Shown: one piece after another, positions 11,167 through 19,637 of the stretch | Layout: each line of letters opens with the position of its first letter | Position numbering within the stretch: the stretch's first letter is position 1 | NCBI GenBank assembly: GCA_947628245.1 | Contig: CANQZH010000001.1 | Span: 1 to 39,545, forward strand | DNA from: an uncultured Bacilli bacterium | GTDB lineage: Bacteria > Bacillota_I > Bacilli_A > RF39 > UBA660 | Direction: 5' to 3' | Length of the DNA stretch: 39,545 nt | The notes under the pieces: generated by a model | The model's database searches: none | The model's input: only the letters and a program-made list of their open reading frames with translations | What the model was told of the DNA's origin: nothing | Position numbers and translations under genes: made by a program

Positions 11167-13242
11167 TCATATTTTCCTTAAACTTTTATGGTTTTTCATT
11201 AATTTTCTAATTCCATAATTTTTGCTAAAAGCAATTGTAACAATAGTTTTTTCAACACCTACTACAACACCTTTACCATAAACCGTGTGCATAACTACAT
11301 CCCCAACATTGTAATCAACATCTTCCTTAGAATAAACATCATCCTTAACAAAATTATTAGGTTGAGCTTTTTCTTTAGTTTCTAACAACTCTGAATCAAT
11401 TTCAGCAATAAACCGACTAGGTGGATAACTATTCTCATGACCATATAGCATTCTTTGCCGAGCATTTAATAAATATAATCTTTTTTTAGCTCTTGTAATA
11501 CCAACATAACATAATCTTCTTTCTTCTTCAAGACCATCAGGTTCTAAAAAAGAATTTTGATGAGGAAAAATACCATCTTCCATTCCAACTAAGAAAACAA
11601 CATCAAACTCTAAACCTTTAGCACTATGAATAGTCATTAAAGTTACAACATCATCATCTTCTTTATGTTCTGAAATATCCGCAACTAAACTAATTTCCTC
11701 TAAAAAATCTTGTAAATTAGCTGAACCAGTTTGTTCTTCAAAACTAGCCGTTATACTTCTAAATTCCATTAAATTATCAAGCCTTAATTCATCTTCTAAA
11801 CTATCACTACTAAATTCAGCCTTTAATCCCGACTTATTTAAAATATCATCAACTAATTCCGTTAAACTTAAAGAATCACTATCAATAATTAATTCTTGAA
11901 TTAAATTTTTAAAGACAAGTTCTTTACCACCATTAATAGTTTCAAATAAACTAGTATTATTAATAGTAGCCATTTCTTCTAATTTATTAATCGTTGAAGC
12001 TCCAATCCCTCTTTTAGGAGAATTAATTACTCTTCTTAAAGAAATATCATCATTAGGATTTAAAATTAATCTCATATAACAAATTAAATCTTTAATTTCT
12101 TTACGACTATAAAAATAAAAACTTCCCACCACTTTATAAGGCATATTAGCTTTTAAAAACTGTTCTTCAGCAACTCTTGCTTGAGCATTAGTCCGATAAA
12201 AAACCGCAATATCCTTTTTCTTAAAACCTTCTAGTAATAAAGAATTAATTTCATCTAAAACTAAATTAATCTCGTGACGTTCATTATTAGCTTTTAAATA
12301 CTTAATTTTAATTCCTTCACCATTATGAGAAACTAAATCCTTTTCTTTACGATCTTTATTATTTTTAATAACAGAATTTGCTGCATCCAAAATAATTTTA
12401 GTACTTCGATAATTATCAATCAAAGAAATAACTTTAACATTTAAAAAATCTTTTTCAAAATTTAAAATATTTTTATAATTAGCACCTCTAAACATATAAA
12501 TAGATTGATCAGGATCTCCAACAACAAATATATTTTTATATTTCTTAGATAATAATTTAACCATTTTATATTGAACTTCATTAGTATCTTGATATTCATC
12601 TATTAAAATATATTTAAAACGATCTTGATAATGTTCTAAAACATTTTTATCAGTTTGAAATAACTTAACTGGTAACACCAATAAATCATCAAAATCAACT
12701 GAATTATTTTTACGAAGCTTTAATTGATATTCTAGGTAAACATCATAAGCAATTTTCTCTACATCCGTATTAAAAAATTGCTCTATTTCAGCATCACTTA
12801 ACATTTCATTTTTAATAAAACTAATTCGATTTCTAATATATGATGATGATATTTCTTTACTATCAAAACCTTTATCTTTCAAAATTTTCTTAATTAAACT
12901 AAGAACATCATCACTATCTAAAATCGTAAAATTCCGATCCATCCCTAATTTTAAAGCATTTTCTCTAATTATTCTTAAACCAAAAGAATGAAATGTTCCT
13001 AAAAAAGCTTCATTATTAGGAACTAATAACTCTAAACGATCTTTCATTTCTTTAGCAGCTTTATTCGTAAAAGTAATCGCTAATATCTGATAATCAGGTA
13101 TGCCTTGTAATATTAAAGAAGCTATTCTTGTTGTTAAAACTTTAGTTTTACCAGAACCAGCACCCGCAATTACTAAACAAGGTCCATCACGATGCAAAAC
13201 AGCTTCTTTTTGTCTTTCATTAAAATCTTGTAAATCTATCAT
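11167..13242 (-). CDS. pcrA: ATP-dependent DNA helicase PcrA (UvrD/Rep superfamily 1)
   Basis: AGAGSGKT (Walker A), DEYQDTN (motif II), TIHSAKGLEF and VGITRAKK are present. The pcrA...ligA neighbourhood is typical of Firmicutes. Confidence 0.92.
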   Translation of the reverse strand: MIDLQDFNERQKEAVLHRDGPCLVIAGAGSGKTKVLTTRIASLILQGIPDYQILAITFTNKAAKEMKDRLELLVPNNEAFLGTFHSFGLRIIRENALKLGMDRNFTILDSDDVLSLIKKILKDKGFDSKEISSSYIRNRISFIKNEMLSDAEIEQFFNTDVEKIAYDVYLEYQLKLRKNNSVDFDDLLVLPVKLFQTDKNVLEHYQDRFKYILIDEYQDTNEVQYKMVKLLSKKYKNIFVVGDPDQSIYMFRGANYKNILNFEKDFLNVKVISLIDNYRSTKIILDAANSVIKNNKDRKEKDLVSHNGEGIKIKYLKANNERHEINLVLDEINSLLLEGFKKKDIAVFYRTNAQARVAEEQFLKANMPYKVVGSFYFYSRKEIKDLICYMRLILNPNDDISLRRVINSPKRGIGASTINKLEEMATINNTSLFETINGGKELVFKNLIQELIIDSDSLSLTELVDDILNKSGLKAEFSSDSLEDELRLDNLMEFRSITASFEEQTGSANLQDFLEEISLVADISEHKEDDDVVTLMTIHSAKGLEFDVVFLVGMEDGIFPHQNSFLEPDGLEEERRLCYVGITRAKKRLYLLNARQRMLYGHENSYPPSRFIAEIDSELLETKEKAQPNNFVKDDVYSKEDVDYNVGDVVMHTVYGKGVVVGVEKTIVTIAFSKNYGIRKLMKNHKSLRKI

Positions 13243-13268
13243 GCTAACACAACCTTCTTTATGAAATA

Positions 13269-13277
13269 ATTATAACA
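13269..13277 (-). promoter_or_regulatory. Extended -10 element (TGtTATAAT) upstream of pcrA
   Basis: The minus strand reads TGTTATAAT about 27 nt upstream of the pcrA ATG. No good -35 was found. Confidence 0.35.
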
Positions 13278-13289
13278 AAATAAGAGTTT

Positions 13290-13311
13290 TAAAAAAAGCA
13301 ATTTCTTGCTT
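13290..13311 (-). terminator. Rho-independent terminator closing the Tad-like locus
   Basis: On the minus strand, AAGCAA-gaaa-TTGCTT is followed by T7. The stem overlaps the stop codon of the tadZ-like gene. Confidence 0.55.
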
Positions 13312-14348
13312 TATTTAAAAATATTAAATAATTTTCCACCTTTATCATTACTACTAATATTACTACTAAAACCTAATTTTTGTAACAATGCTTCTAATTC
13401 ATAATGATTATCTAATTTATCATCTAAATAAGGAATATTAAAATATACTTTACTATTAGATTCACTTTCAAAATCACCAACATCATTATTATCTAATACA
13501 CTACGATTTAAAATAATTTTTTCTCCCTTAAGTTTATCAAATATTTGAGGATCTTTTCTAATTAATTTATTTAATTTAATTAAACCTGGTTCAATTAAAT
13601 ATAAAACATCTGTACAATAATCAGTAGCCCCTTCTTCATTTAAATCAATTAAAATAACATCACGATTATAATTAGTAGAAATAAATTTTTGTAATTCAAA
13701 ATGATTAGTATTAGTTAAAGATCGATCATTTAAATAAACAAAATCATTTTTATCAACTTCTACGGCAACAACATTATAATTTTTTTCTAATTGTTTTTTC
13801 AATAAATAAGTTAAAGTAGTACTTCCCGCGTGTTCTGTAATATTTTTTAATCCGATAATTCTAATTGACCTTTTAGATTCAGTAATAACTTCTTCTCTTT
13901 TATTATTTTTATCTTTTTTAGAAGAATGATGTGAATCACTTTCCACATTAGAATCATCAATCATTAAATTTAATTGATGATACTGAGCTACATCTTTATA
14001 ACTATTAGGATTATCAATTAAAAACTTAATAGCATCTATATTTCGGGTGAAATTATAAATTCCCATCGAAACTAAAGAAGATAAATATCTTGGACTATTA
14101 ACAACTTCACTATCATCTAATAAAATAACTACTTTACTCATATCCATATTAACTGATAACTCTTGAATAACTGCTATATTTTGATAGTCTTTTATTGATG
14201 TTATATCTAATACCATTTTATTATAAAAGAAATTACTAAATTGTGAAATTAATTCTTCAGGAGTAAATTCACCATTAATACTCTTAATAATATCAATATC
14301 TAAATTATTCAATAACGCTTCATATTTATTAACAACTTTTACATTCAT
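13311..14348 (-). CDS. TadZ/CpaE-like protein: receiver-like N-domain plus a ParA/MinD-like domain with a degenerate Walker A
   Basis: The N-terminal ~125 aa has a receiver-like alternation (VLDITS...VVILLDD...GIYNF). The C-terminal IRIIGLKNITEHAGSTTLTYLL...VVAVEVD...VILIDLN resembles the deviant P-loop, switch and Walker B layout of TadZ/CpaE, but lacks the GK[TS] lysine. It is the last gene of the Tad cluster. Confidence 0.45.
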   Translation of the reverse strand: MNVKVVNKYEALLNNLDIDIIKSINGEFTPEELISQFSNFFYNKMVLDITSIKDYQNIAVIQELSVNMDMSKVVILLDDSEVVNSPRYLSSLVSMGIYNFTRNIDAIKFLIDNPNSYKDVAQYHQLNLMIDDSNVESDSHHSSKKDKNNKREEVITESKRSIRIIGLKNITEHAGSTTLTYLLKKQLEKNYNVVAVEVDKNDFVYLNDRSLTNTNHFELQKFISTNYNRDVILIDLNEEGATDYCTDVLYLIEPGLIKLNKLIRKDPQIFDKLKGEKIILNRSVLDNNDVGDFESESNSKVYFNIPYLDDKLDNHYELEALLQKLGFSSNISSNDKGGKLFNIFK

Positions 14349-14359
14349 AATCTACACTC

Positions 14360-14848
14360 CTATCCTATTTTATAATTTAAATTATCAGCTGGATAATTAA
14401 CATCAATACTTTCACCAAAAACATTAAAAGTTAACAAATCACCTATAACTGGTAAATTAAACTTGAAAAAAAATCTTACTTGATATTTAGAACGTTTAGG
14501 CAAATTTGTTGTCTTTGTACTTATTTTACTTACACAATAATAATACTTTACCTTACTATTACTTACTAACTCTAAAGATGTTGAAGATAAATTTCTTGAA
14601 CCATAATCTCCTTCATTACAATAATGCATAGTTGTATAATTATTATATAATAAATAATTGTTTATTAATTTAATAGCCCCTTTATCACCATCTCTTAAAC
14701 CTTCATATTTTTCAATAAAAGATAATGCCTCATTCTTAATTTTAAATACTTTATTATAATTTAATGATAAAGATAAAAATGAAACAAAGATTAACATAAA
14801 TGCTACTACTAAACCAACTAACCATATACTACCCGTTGACTGTCTCAT
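14360..14848 (-). CDS. TadE/TadF-like pseudopilin (162 aa)
   Basis: The N-terminus is MRQSTG-SIWLVGLVVAFMLIFVSFLSL, a short charged leader ending in Gly followed by a long hydrophobic helix. It lies directly downstream of the pilin genes. Confidence 0.55.
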   Translation of the reverse strand: MRQSTGSIWLVGLVVAFMLIFVSFLSLSLNYNKVFKIKNEALSFIEKYEGLRDGDKGAIKLINNYLLYNNYTTMHYCNEGDYGSRNLSSTSLELVSNSKVKYYYCVSKISTKTTNLPKRSKYQVRFFFKFNLPVIGDLLTFNVFGESIDVNYPADNLNYKIG

Positions 14849-14856
14849 AAATTCAC

Positions 14857-15330
14857 CTACCCTACATATATCGTCTTAGTATCGCCTTGAACTTTAAAAT
14901 TAAATAAATCATGAAAAATTGGCAAATCTAATTGATAAAATACTTCTACACGATAGTAAGATACTGATGGCAATTCATTAGCATAAGTAGAAGATGTATT
15001 ACTAATAACTTTAGCAATACAAAATGCCGCATTATTACTACTTGCTATTTTTCCTTCCCTTGTATAACCTTGATAACCAGCATCACAAGTTCCAGTAGTA
15101 CGATATGCACTATCAGTTAAATATTGAGCAATTTCGCATAAAGCACCATCATCTCCACTACATTCACCACTAATATCTAAACCATTATGAGTTTGTATAG
15201 TTTGAATTATTCGGTCTTTAACATTAAATGCTTTGGACTGATTAATAGTTAGACACATAAAACCAGAAAAAAGCAAGACAAAAACGATTACTATTTGAAA
15301 TAGCCAAGTTCCACCAATCGCTTCTCTCAT
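14857..15330 (-). CDS. TadE/TadF-like pseudopilin (157 aa)
   Basis: The N-terminus is MREAIG-GTWLFQIVIVFVLLFSGFMCL. It has the same architecture as its neighbour and 4 Cys in the predicted extracellular part. Confidence 0.55.
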   Translation of the reverse strand: MREAIGGTWLFQIVIVFVLLFSGFMCLTINQSKAFNVKDRIIQTIQTHNGLDISGECSGDDGALCEIAQYLTDSAYRTTGTCDAGYQGYTREGKIASSNNAAFCIAKVISNTSSTYANELPSVSYYRVEVFYQLDLPIFHDLFNFKVQGDTKTIYVG

Positions 15331-15348
15331 TATAATACCCCTTTTCTA

Positions 15349-15582
15349 TTAACCTTTCCAAACGCATTTAAAATCTTCGCCTTTTTTTCCCTTTAAATGA
15401 CAATTTACCTCAACACAATTATTATCAGGACATTTTTCACAAATTGCTTGGGAACACTTAGTATTGGAATTCATATTATTTCTAATTACTGGCCATAAAG
15501 CAAAATAGAAAAAAGCAGCTAGACCAGCTATTGCCATTATAATAACAACTGACATATTCAATTCTCCAGATGCTTCTTTCAC
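15349..15582 (-). CDS. Flp-like small pilin, paralog 3 (77 aa, 6 Cys)
   Basis: MKEASG-ELNMSVVIIMAIAGLAAFFYFALWPVI is followed by the Cys-rich tail KCSQAICEKCPDNNCVEVNCHLKGKKGEDFKCVWKG. Confidence 0.6.
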   Translation of the reverse strand: MKEASGELNMSVVIIMAIAGLAAFFYFALWPVIRNNMNSNTKCSQAICEKCPDNNCVEVNCHLKGKKGEDFKCVWKG

Positions 15583-15595
15583 TTTTTTACCTCCT

Positions 15596-15832
15596 TTATT
15601 TTGGACTTACATCGGTTCCACTACAATCAAGATAAGTAGGATTTCCATCTTTATCTAAAGCTTCACATACATTACGTTTATCATTACAAGAATAAGCAGA
15701 TGCACATAATGTTTGACGATTTAAATTATTTTTTATTGCAGGCCATATAAACGCATAGAAAAATGCTGCTATTGCGGCTATTGCTACTACAGTTATAACT
15801 GTAATATTCAATTCACCCGTCGCTTCTTTCAT
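15596..15832 (-). CDS. Flp-like small pilin, paralog 2 (78 aa, 4 Cys)
   Basis: The first 43 aa are identical to paralog 1 (MKEATGELNITVITVVAIAAIAAFFYAFIWPAIKNNLNRQTLC). The C-terminal ~35 aa are divergent. Confidence 0.6.
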   Translation of the reverse strand: MKEATGELNITVITVVAIAAIAAFFYAFIWPAIKNNLNRQTLCASAYSCNDKRNVCEALDKDGNPTYLDCSGTDVSPK

Positions 15833-15848
15833 TTACTTATCACCTCTA

Positions 15849-16079
15849 TCATTTAACTGATGTATCTTGTGGTGTACAATTTACAGTAACTACATTTCCA
15901 TCTTTATCTAAGGCACTACAAGAAGTACCCTCACAATGATAAGCAGATGAGCATAATGTTTGACGATTTAAATTATTTTTTATTGCAGGCCATATAAATG
16001 CATAGAAAAATGCTGCTATTGCTGCTATTGCTACTACAGTAATAACTGTTATATTTAATTCACCTGTCGCTTCTTTCAT
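15849..16079 (-). CDS. Flp-like small pilin, paralog 1 (76 aa, 4 Cys)
   Basis: It has a short leader ending in Gly, a ~25-aa hydrophobic helix and a small Cys-containing tail. A strong RBS (GGAGGGA) and a consensus-like promoter lie upstream. Confidence 0.6.
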   Translation of the reverse strand: MKEATGELNITVITVVAIAAIAAFFYAFIWPAIKNNLNRQTLCSSAYHCEGTSCSALDKDGNVVTVNCTPQDTSVK

Positions 16080-16106
16080 TTCATTCCCTCCTTCAATTCT
16101 ATTAGT

Positions 16107-16135
16107 ATTATAACTTTTTTAATTAAAATTATCAA
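16107..16135 (-). promoter_or_regulatory. SigA-type promoter for the pilin/pseudopilin/tadZ-like operon
   Basis: On the minus strand, TTGATA (16135..16130), a 17-nt spacer and TATAAT (16112..16107). The RBS and the ATG at 16079 follow. Confidence 0.5.
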
Positions 16136-16139
16136 CCAT

Positions 16140-18605
16140 TTAAACTTTAAATATACATTTTTTTAAACTTTTTAAGTAAAATATAAATCCTATTATTCCT
16201 ATTAAAGAAAATATAACTCCAATTGTAAATCCTTTTATATGATAAACCATTTCTATTTTATGTTCTCCTTTAATTAGTTTTAACCCAATAATACTATCCT
16301 TAAACTTAAAATAATCAACCTTTTCACCATCTATTTTTATTTCAATTCCCTCATCATAAGGAATAGTTAAAACTAATAAATTTTTATCATCAGTTGCCGA
16401 TACATTACCACTAAATCCTCTAAAATTTATTTTAACTTCATTAATAATATTTGAATTTAAATCGTCAATTAGTAATTTAAATTTTTCTTCATTAATATAT
16501 TCTAATTTATTATCAAATTTAGGAGTTGAATTTTGACCCTCATTTAAAAATATTTCCAACTTAACTATATCACCTTTTTTTAAAGAATAAATATCTGAAA
16601 TTTCTTCATCATTTAAATATAATTTATATGTATCTTCATATTTAATTATTTTTTGAACATTTTTTTGATCATCTGTCGAGTATATTAAATAATTATTTAA
16701 CAAATTAATTTTACCAATAATATTTTCATTAATGTTATACATAAAAATTACTTTACCCTCCGTATTGCTATCATTTAATTCATAACAATTTTCTTTTTCA
16801 ATAACATTTTCTAATGTTATCACAGGCTCTAAACTTTTTAATTCTTTATTATTTATTAAATTATCTATAACATCAACATTTTGTTCAGATATTAAAAAGC
16901 CTAAACTATTTATAATATATTTATTAGTTAAATATTTATTTGTTGATTCATTTATAACATACTTAACTCCTAATAAAGCATCCATTAAAAAATGACTATT
17001 ATAATTTATTGAATGATTATATTCATTATTATCCCGAAAGTTATATAAAAAATTATTTAAATTATTATTGTATATTGATGAATATCTACCTACTCCATTA
17101 AAATTATATAATAATCCACCATTTTTATTTAAAGTAGTATGAATTCTTAGAAAATTATTATTATCTTGTAAATTATTTATTAAATTACTTATATCAATAA
17201 TTTTTTGACGATCTTCATTAACATAAGTATACCGATAATAAATATTTTGATAATTTACATTTATATTCATAATTATATTAATAGTTAATTCCAATATAAT
17301 TATAAAATAAGTAATAAAACGTAAATTAGAGTTATTATAATTAAAAAAATAGTAGATTATCATAAATAAATTTATAATAAAAAGCCAAATATAAATTTTA
17401 TCATTATCAAAATTATAATAAAAAGATTTATATAAAAATGAACATACCAGAAAAATAACTATTATTATCAATACTTTTTTAGAAATAACTTGATAATGTT
17501 TATCTTTTTTTATAAAAAAATTATAAGCTATTAAAACCCAAAAAGCATTAAAACAAAAAATAAATCTACTAGGTATACCAACTGGCTGTTGAAATAAATG
17601 CCATATATAATATAAAGGATATAAGAATAATGATAAAATATAAATAATAATAACAAATAATGTTGATTTTTTATATTGACGATTCATTTTAGAATAAAAA
17701 ATACTTATCATAACTAAAACAAACACGAACATCGATATATATAAATTTGCTGAATTTAATAAATTAACATTTTCTTTAACAGTTGTGCTCCCCATAAAAA
17801 AATTATATATTGATGGTAAAAATACATCATTAACTTGCCAAAAATTCACATCACTTAGATAAGAATTCCTTCCTTGAAACAAACTAAATATCGTAGGAAT
17901 TATGATATATGATGCTGTTAAACCACAAAATAAACTTGTTACAAAAAATTTAACTATTCTTTGTTTTTTTATTTTCTTTTCATAATTTGAATTATATAGC
18001 AAATAGAAAAAATAAATAACTGCAAAAATACAACACATATAAGCTGTATAATAATGAATTATAATCATATATGTTAAACATCCATAATACATTAAATTTT
18101 TATCATCATTTACTATTTTATCTATTCCAATCATTATTAATGGTAGTAAATACATAGCATCTAAAAACTGATAATTCCAGTAATAAAATGTTGCAAAACC
18201 TGACAAAGCATATATAGTTGAAAAAATTAATGTACTTTTACTTAATTTTTTCCTATAATTAAGTAAAATATTCATCGTTAACCCCATTAAACCAAATTTA
18301 ATTAAAGTTAAAATGACGAAAAATAAATCAAAATTTTCTTTTCTAAATAAAAAATATAATAAATTTAAAGGATTATTTAAATAAGTTGTAAAAATTGGAT
18401 AAAAACTTTCCCCTAATCCTATGTTAAAAGTAAAGATTTTAAAATTTCTTAATCCTTCAAAAAAAGCAGGATATTGCATTAAAGAATCAGAAAATCTTAA
18501 AGAAATATTTCCAAATGGATATATATTTAAACTAAATAAAGCAAAACTAAAAATTAAGATTGGTAATAAAAAAGCTATAGCATAATGAATAAAATTTTTC
18601 CTCAA
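16140..18605 (-). CDS. YfhO-family polytopic membrane glycosyltransferase (GT-C-like), 821 aa
   Basis: A large N-terminal block of more than 10 TM helices is followed by a ~300-aa extracytoplasmic region and a final TM helix, the layout of the B. subtilis YfhO / Listeria GtlB family. The TTG start overlaps the GT2 stop (TTGA). Confidence 0.65.
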   Translation of the reverse strand: MRKNFIHYAIAFLLPILIFSFALFSLNIYPFGNISLRFSDSLMQYPAFFEGLRNFKIFTFNIGLGESFYPIFTTYLNNPLNLLYFLFRKENFDLFFVILTLIKFGLMGLTMNILLNYRKKLSKSTLIFSTIYALSGFATFYYWNYQFLDAMYLLPLIMIGIDKIVNDDKNLMYYGCLTYMIIIHYYTAYMCCIFAVIYFFYLLYNSNYEKKIKKQRIVKFFVTSLFCGLTASYIIIPTIFSLFQGRNSYLSDVNFWQVNDVFLPSIYNFFMGSTTVKENVNLLNSANLYISMFVFVLVMISIFYSKMNRQYKKSTLFVIIIYILSLFLYPLYYIWHLFQQPVGIPSRFIFCFNAFWVLIAYNFFIKKDKHYQVISKKVLIIIVIFLVCSFLYKSFYYNFDNDKIYIWLFIINLFMIIYYFFNYNNSNLRFITYFIIILELTINIIMNINVNYQNIYYRYTYVNEDRQKIIDISNLINNLQDNNNFLRIHTTLNKNGGLLYNFNGVGRYSSIYNNNLNNFLYNFRDNNEYNHSINYNSHFLMDALLGVKYVINESTNKYLTNKYIINSLGFLISEQNVDVIDNLINNKELKSLEPVITLENVIEKENCYELNDSNTEGKVIFMYNINENIIGKINLLNNYLIYSTDDQKNVQKIIKYEDTYKLYLNDEEISDIYSLKKGDIVKLEIFLNEGQNSTPKFDNKLEYINEEKFKLLIDDLNSNIINEVKINFRGFSGNVSATDDKNLLVLTIPYDEGIEIKIDGEKVDYFKFKDSIIGLKLIKGEHKIEMVYHIKGFTIGVIFSLIGIIGFIFYLKSLKKCIFKV

Positions 18606-19555
18606 GTAACATCATCTTCTTTCTTGTCACTTTCTTTAATTATATATAATGGTCTTTTTTTAGTTTCTAAATAAATTTTAGAAATATATGCCGAACAAAT
18701 TCCTAAACAAAATAATTGAATACCTGAAACAAAGAAAATTATACATACTAATGATGGCCACCCACTAACTGGATCACCAAAAACTAATGTTTTAAAAATA
18801 ATAATTAAAATCATAATAAATGAAATAAGACAAAAAATAATTCCTAAAAAAGTTGAAATCATTAAAGGAACTGTCGAAAAGCCAATAATAGCATCAAAAG
18901 CATATAACATTAATTGCCAAAAACTCCATTTAGTTTTTCCGGCAACTCTTTTAACATTGTCATACGTAATCCATTTTGTATTAAATCCTAAATAACTAAA
19001 TAATCCTTTCGAATAACGATTATATTCTGGTATTGTTAATATTGCATCAGCAACTTCTCTTGTCATCAAGCGATAATCTCTTTCTCCAGATACCATTCTA
19101 ACTTTACTTATTTTAGCAATAAATTTATAAAAAGCTTCTGCTAAAAAACTCCTAATTATTGGTTCACCTTTACGATTTTTTCTTTTAGCTATAACTATAT
19201 CATATTTTTCTTTTACAATGCTTTTATACATTTCAATTAAAAGTTTTGGGGGATCTTGTAAATCTACATCCATAAAAGCTACATAATCACCATTTGCATA
19301 TCTTAATCCCGCTAATAAAGCAGCTTCTTTTCCAAAATTTTTAGAAAAAGACAAATAATGAATCCAGCTATTATCACTTTTCAATTTTTTTATGAAATTT
19401 AAAGTGTTATCCCGACTACCATCATCAACAAAAATTATTTCTAAATTTATCTTTTTTTCCTTAAATTTTTCATTAATTTTCATTATTTCTTTATAAAATA
19501 ATAATATACTATCTTCTTCATTAAAACATGGTACAATCACTGATATTTTTTGCAT
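18602..19555 (-). CDS. GT2-family polyprenyl-phosphate glycosyltransferase (CsbB/GtrB/DPM1-like)
   Basis: ISVIVPCFNEE, VDDGSRDNT and DVDLQDPP (DxD) are followed by two C-terminal TM helices, which is the GtrB/CsbB architecture. It is coupled to the yfhO-like gene. Confidence 0.8.
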   Translation of the reverse strand: MQKISVIVPCFNEEDSILLFYKEIMKINEKFKEKKINLEIIFVDDGSRDNTLNFIKKLKSDNSWIHYLSFSKNFGKEAALLAGLRYANGDYVAFMDVDLQDPPKLLIEMYKSIVKEKYDIVIAKRKNRKGEPIIRSFLAEAFYKFIAKISKVRMVSGERDYRLMTREVADAILTIPEYNRYSKGLFSYLGFNTKWITYDNVKRVAGKTKWSFWQLMLYAFDAIIGFSTVPLMISTFLGIIFCLISFIMILIIIFKTLVFGDPVSGWPSLVCIIFFVSGIQLFCLGICSAYISKIYLETKKRPLYIIKESDKKEDDVT

Positions 19556-19580
19556 ATACTTCCTCCATATTTCTAATTTA

Positions 19581-19609
19581 ATTTTAATTTATTTTAATCT
19601 TTTATTCAA
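19581..19609 (-). promoter_or_regulatory. Possible SigA-type promoter for the GT2-yfhO pair
   Basis: On the minus strand, TTGAAT (19609..19604), a 17-nt spacer and TAAAAT (19586..19581). Such matches arise easily by chance in DNA this AT-rich. Confidence 0.3.
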
Positions 19610-19637
19610 GAAAAAAAGATAACCAAATTGATTATCT
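19610..19637 (-). terminator. Weak hairpin plus T-run after tadC (possible attenuating terminator)
   Basis: On the minus strand, AGATAA-tcaatttgg-TTATCT is followed by T7. The stem is only 6 bp and AT-rich, and it overlaps the tadC stop. Confidence 0.3.
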
